Assembly: GCA_963663405.2 (NCBI GenBank)
Contig: CAXXSM010000132.1
Location: forward strand, 32,001-96,000
Direction: 5' to 3'
DNA from: a bacterium
GTDB taxonomy: Bacteria > Hinthialibacterota > Hinthialibacteria > Hinthialibacterales > Hinthialibacteraceae
DNA length: 64,000 nt
The notes beneath the pieces are model-generated. The model did no database searches. It was given only the letters and a program-made list of their open reading frames with translations, and was not told the DNA's origin. A program made the position numbers and the translations under genes. This document shows, in pieces, positions 60,473 to 64,000 of this stretch; within the stretch, counting starts at the first letter, position 1; every line of letters begins with the position of its first letter.

Positions 60473-60715
60473 CTAACCTTTTCTCCGATCCAGATGGGTA
60501 AAATCCTGCCTTGGCCCTTTTGATAGCGCCGCGCGCTTCATATCTCTCTCATCCAACCATTCACGGCCTTCACGTACAATTTGAGCGCTATTAGTGTTGT
60601 CTGATTTTTCTTCGGCAAAGAGACCATATTCCCGAGCCATCGCATTCAGATTATCGAAGAAAGCGGGATCGATCTCCTTTTGATCAGTGTGGAAACGGAT
60701 GGTAATTTCAGTCAT
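60473..60715 (-). CDS. Putative cognate antitoxin
   Basis: 80-aa ORF ending 3 nt upstream of vapC, with AAGGA RBS; NSAQIVREGRE resembles antitoxin C termini. Confidence 0.7.
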   Translation of the reverse strand: MTEITIRFHTDQKEIDPAFFDNLNAMAREYGLFAEEKSDNTNSAQIVREGREWLDERDMKRAALSKGPRQDFTHLDRRKG

Positions 60716-60781
60716 GGTTTGAGTCCTTTATTCGTTTTTCTTATTCTAATTGTATCACACAGGGAATGATGAAAGAAAGGA

Positions 60782-61588
60782 TTATTCACTCCCCTCCAAC
60801 TCTTTTAGTTCCTTCGCAAGCGAAAGGAAAAAGGAGAGATGGTCAAACTGAGGCTGGACCCAGGGGATGATGCGTAATCCGCATAATTCACTATGATCGG
60901 CAGGCAGGATCCCTTTGAATTCTCCCCATTTGGCTGATTTTACCGTCACCATTCCATCATAATCTTCATCGCTGTTGCGAACAAATCGATCGAACACCTT
61001 GCGAAGCCGAATGAGAAGAGTCGGAGCGTTAAAATCGATTTTCCCCGCATAAGAAATATAGCGGACATGGGGATCGTCTACGATCCGGGGATTGAATTCC
61101 TCCCGCAGATATTTTGTTTTCAGTTGATCCATCCCATCCCAGCGATGTTCCGCGATGTTTCCAAGAAACGTTTTCTGTTCTTCTGAGGATATCATCTGCA
61201 TGAGGATACCCGCCCCATTCGAGAACGCCGTTCGGATTGGGAGGGGAATCCGATCCGCCAATATCGCTCCCCGGTGAGGGGTAGAGAGTGTCGTGACCGA
61301 AATGATCCGTTCTCCCTGCGCCAATCCATTGGGAGAGGCGATGTACCGGCAATCCAATCCTCCCATGCTGTGTCCGATTAAATGTACAGGCTCGTTATGC
61401 CCAAATTCCTGTTCGATTGCTTGGAGGAGCCGCTCCGCTCGTTCTTCAATCGATACGATGGGATGAACGAGAGGTTGAATCGCGCGGATTCCTTCTTTCG
61501 CTAATGCGTCAACCACGCCGGGAAACATCTCCCAAACCAGGAATTTCCGGTAGCCGAGGAATCCGTGCGCGAGAACGATTGGCCGCAT
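60782..61588 (-). CDS. Triacylglycerol lipase-like alpha/beta hydrolase
   Basis: PIVLAHG, GHSMGG, TPHRG, DGMV, DHSE. Confidence 0.9.
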   Translation of the reverse strand: MRPIVLAHGFLGYRKFLVWEMFPGVVDALAKEGIRAIQPLVHPIVSIEERAERLLQAIEQEFGHNEPVHLIGHSMGGLDCRYIASPNGLAQGERIISVTTLSTPHRGAILADRIPLPIRTAFSNGAGILMQMISSEEQKTFLGNIAEHRWDGMDQLKTKYLREEFNPRIVDDPHVRYISYAGKIDFNAPTLLIRLRKVFDRFVRNSDEDYDGMVTVKSAKWGEFKGILPADHSELCGLRIIPWVQPQFDHLSFFLSLAKELKELEGSE

Positions 61589-61649
61589 AGTTTTGAATGA
61601 TTTTATTATTCGCCACTTTGAAAAGGAAAATCTTGAGAGTCTACTTTGG

Positions 61650-62222
61650 TTACCGGACTTGGAATCGAGCCATCGCCCAATTCGCGCGGTCGTATTCACT
61701 GCCGTCTCCCGCGTCCGATACTTTCAAAACCAATGTGCGGCGTCCTTCGACAGGCACATGAACGAGCCGGGGCGCCATACCAGAACGAAGCACCGGGCTT
61801 TCATACAACAACGCGCCATCAGATAGCACGGAGAAAATCGCGGACGCTGCGTTTTTCTCTTCCACTTCAGCGTCAATGCCAATCTCGGCCGTGAAATGCG
61901 TATAGCCGTCGGGGATAATCCGGAGAAAAATCTCCGAATTCGCGTTCACACTAAGCCCCTTTGGATAGTAGGTCGTATGAATTTGCAGCGTTCTTCCATT
62001 GACGGAGGTATCGTCCTTTGGTTCGTACCGGTCGCTTTGAATAACCTCATAATCAAGATCACTGAAATAGATATCGTCTGGAATGTACGCGTTGTAAACG
62101 AGAACGGCGCCAAGCGCTACAAGGAAAATCACAGTGGAAATCCGGCCGGCCGTCCATTCGTTTTGGGTTGTACATGGATCTTCGATGAGGGTATTTTGAG
62201 GATTTTGTATAGTATTATTCAC
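61650..62222 (-). CDS. Membrane-anchored NPCBM/NEW2 domain protein
   Basis: One TM, then YPKGLSVNANS...FTAEIGID...DAGDGSEYDRANW. Confidence 0.85.
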   Translation of the reverse strand: MNNTIQNPQNTLIEDPCTTQNEWTAGRISTVIFLVALGAVLVYNAYIPDDIYFSDLDYEVIQSDRYEPKDDTSVNGRTLQIHTTYYPKGLSVNANSEIFLRIIPDGYTHFTAEIGIDAEVEEKNAASAIFSVLSDGALLYESPVLRSGMAPRLVHVPVEGRRTLVLKVSDAGDGSEYDRANWAMARFQVR

Positions 62223-62231
62223 GATAACGTA

Positions 62232-62864
62232 TTATTGTTTTTGTTGTGTTTTCTCTTGTTGCTCAGTTTCAACCAAACTTTTTACAATGGATAAGAACTC
62301 GCCCATGTCCATTTTGTTCGACCGCAAACGGGATATTCCCTTGGCTTGGACTCCATTTGAGTCCAGCGTCGCGATCGTAGTGGACATCCCTTCAAAAAGT
62401 GTCAGAGCGGGCATGCCATTGGTGACATACTTGGTGTTTGTTTCGGTGTTTTCTTGAATTTGGAATTTCCCTTGGTTAATACCCACCGCGCTGTTAAAAC
62501 CGAGCCGGCTTTTTCCATACAAAAATAAAATCAATGTTTCACCCACTTTATATTGCGAGGTGGGAACATGGACCGTCTTGACTCCATCTGTGCCGCCGTA
62601 TTGTTTTAGAACGTATTCGTCCCCGATGGCGCCTTTATACACATCATGAATCTGAAACGTATACCACGTCGCCATTAATCCAGATTCCGGATCGATCCCG
62701 GATTTCACCGCAGTACATTCCCCCATGAAAATCACATGCGCGCTTTTCGTGATTTGTTGTAGATTGAGCGGCCTGATTTTATCCGCCCATGTGTCACTTG
62801 AGCAAAAAGACGCTATTGTGAATACAACAGTGACTGCTATGCGATATTGGGTGTTCTGTTTCAT
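62232..62864 (-). CDS. Hypothetical exported protein
   Basis: Signal peptide; LQQITKSAHVIFMG...GETLILFL...VGINQGKF. Confidence 0.7.
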   Translation of the reverse strand: MKQNTQYRIAVTVVFTIASFCSSDTWADKIRPLNLQQITKSAHVIFMGECTAVKSGIDPESGLMATWYTFQIHDVYKGAIGDEYVLKQYGGTDGVKTVHVPTSQYKVGETLILFLYGKSRLGFNSAVGINQGKFQIQENTETNTKYVTNGMPALTLFEGMSTTIATLDSNGVQAKGISRLRSNKMDMGEFLSIVKSLVETEQQEKTQQKQ

Positions 62865-63388
62865 TTTCTGTCCTTCGGTGATCCGTTTTTCGCTGGGGGA
62901 TCACCGTTTCTTTTATATGAATGAGTTCCAAAAGCTTTCTCGTTTGAATTCGCTCCCGCAACTCATTTTCATTTGCACGTTGTGATCTCAAATCATGATG
63001 GTTTATATGACAAATCAAATTCCTTCACCATTATATCATAAGATGATGATATTGCAGAACGAAATGGGAAAAAACGGAAATAGGATTGATCATTCTGTAA
63101 TAGGACCTTGAACGAAGTGTAATGTGAATAGTCTCTCCAAAGATCGCCTTATGTGAACCTGGCCGCCACGGTGTTTTTTGAGCCCGATTGTGACTTCTTT
63201 TCTTTGAATCTGGTATTTTGAACCATTTCTGCTATTATAATAAGTTCTGCGCGATCCAGTAAAAATCTATGAATCGGCTCTCATTCCTTTTAACGAATCA
63301 CATAGAACAGTAATAAAAGAAGCAGCGGAATGGGACCAATTCTGAACGATTCCCATACGCATTCTCTTATTACGATAGGACTGTCCGA

Positions 63389-64000
63389 ATGGTTACTCTC
63401 AATGAAATAAACGAGTTGCGGTCAAAAGAACAGTGGGATGAGATTCTCTCTCTCGGCCGCGAACATTTGCAAAACGACTCCTCCTCCGCGTTCGTTCTTC
63501 GCGCCATTACCCAAGCGTTGGAACACAAAGATCAAAAAGATGATGAATATGAAGGTTCGCTTCTACGGTTGTTGGAGCTGAACGACCGGGTGGTTGAAAC
63601 CGCCCAAAAACTCGGTCATTACTATCGGGAAAAAGGGGAGAACGAAGAAGCCGTCCGCCACTTGCAGATCGCTCTCGAAGCCGCCGCCGCCGACCGGCAA
63701 TACGAATCGCTGGAAGCGCTCTGGCTTGAACTTTCCGAACTCGCCCCCAATGATCTCCACTTCTATTTAGACATCGCCGGACGCCTTGCGGGCATCAAGC
63801 AGAAACAACGGGCGGCGGTTTTGCTTCAAATGCTACTTCCAAGTTGTGAAGAACGCGGTGATTGGGAAGGTCAATATCAACTGCTCAAACAGATTCTTGA
63901 ATATACCCCCAAGGATAACACCTTGCGGGAATTGATTGTCAACGCTCTCCGGAAAATCTACGCCGATTCTTCTCATTGCGATCTCGTTCTCGCCCACACC
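63389..64000 (+). CDS. greA: Long-form transcription elongation factor GreA, N-terminal helical part (runs off the window)
   Basis: Manual translation from ATG 63389 (AGGA RBS): MVTLNEINELRSKEQWDEIL...LEALWLELSELAPNDLHFYLDIA...QLLKQILEYTPKDNTLRELIVNALRKIYADSSH. Resembles the spirochaete/chlamydial GreA extension; the Gre domain itself is not in the window. Confidence 0.6.
   Translation, partial: MVTLNEINELRSKEQWDEILSLGREHLQNDSSSAFVLRAITQALEHKDQKDDEYEGSLLRLLELNDRVVETAQKLGHYYREKGENEEAVRHLQIALEAAAADRQYESLEALWLELSELAPNDLHFYLDIAGRLAGIKQKQRAAVLLQMLLPSCEERGDWEGQYQLLKQILEYTPKDNTLRELIVNALRKIYADSSHCDLVLAHT

Overview
Bacterial chromosomal window of moderate GC with several AT-rich accessory inserts. 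The pilin style (PNFLNAQxRAK...LTTPxSY...PxNGLxSxGxI) and a long-form GreA suggest a poorly studied lineage such as Sumerlaeota/Hinthialibacterota; this is an inference. About 50 CDS are supported. They include an RND permease, a PQQ-repeat/GT4/ABC operon, two giant TPR-DUF3857-transglutaminase paralogs split by an inserted restriction-modification pair, rfbAB, argG, an HD hydrolase + YwgA/SocA-like pair, a degenerate membrane-anchored GspE/PilB fusion, an IS4 remnant, two pilins, an orphan BMC-H, umuDC, a RES-domain gene, a BlaI/BlaR1 multidomain sensor, a Vsr-C5 methyltransferase fusion, vapBC and greA (5' part). No rRNA, tRNA or CRISPR array was seen. Strongest unannotated signals: (1) an integrase-less integron-like cassette array at 45137-46781, with two well-formed attC sites whose core boxes pair across cassettes and a duplicated Pc-like promoter; (2) four GTGG/GTAG REP-like hairpins with swapped arms; (3) strand-mirrored C/A versus G/T codon skew in genes flanking AT-rich islands; (4) unusual domain fusions (Wzm+STN, BlaR1+FliF+STN+PDZ/S41, TPR-TM-dead GspE, Vsr+Dcm). 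Several genes are frameshifted, probably from sequencing indels. All protein calls come from motif recognition, not database searches.
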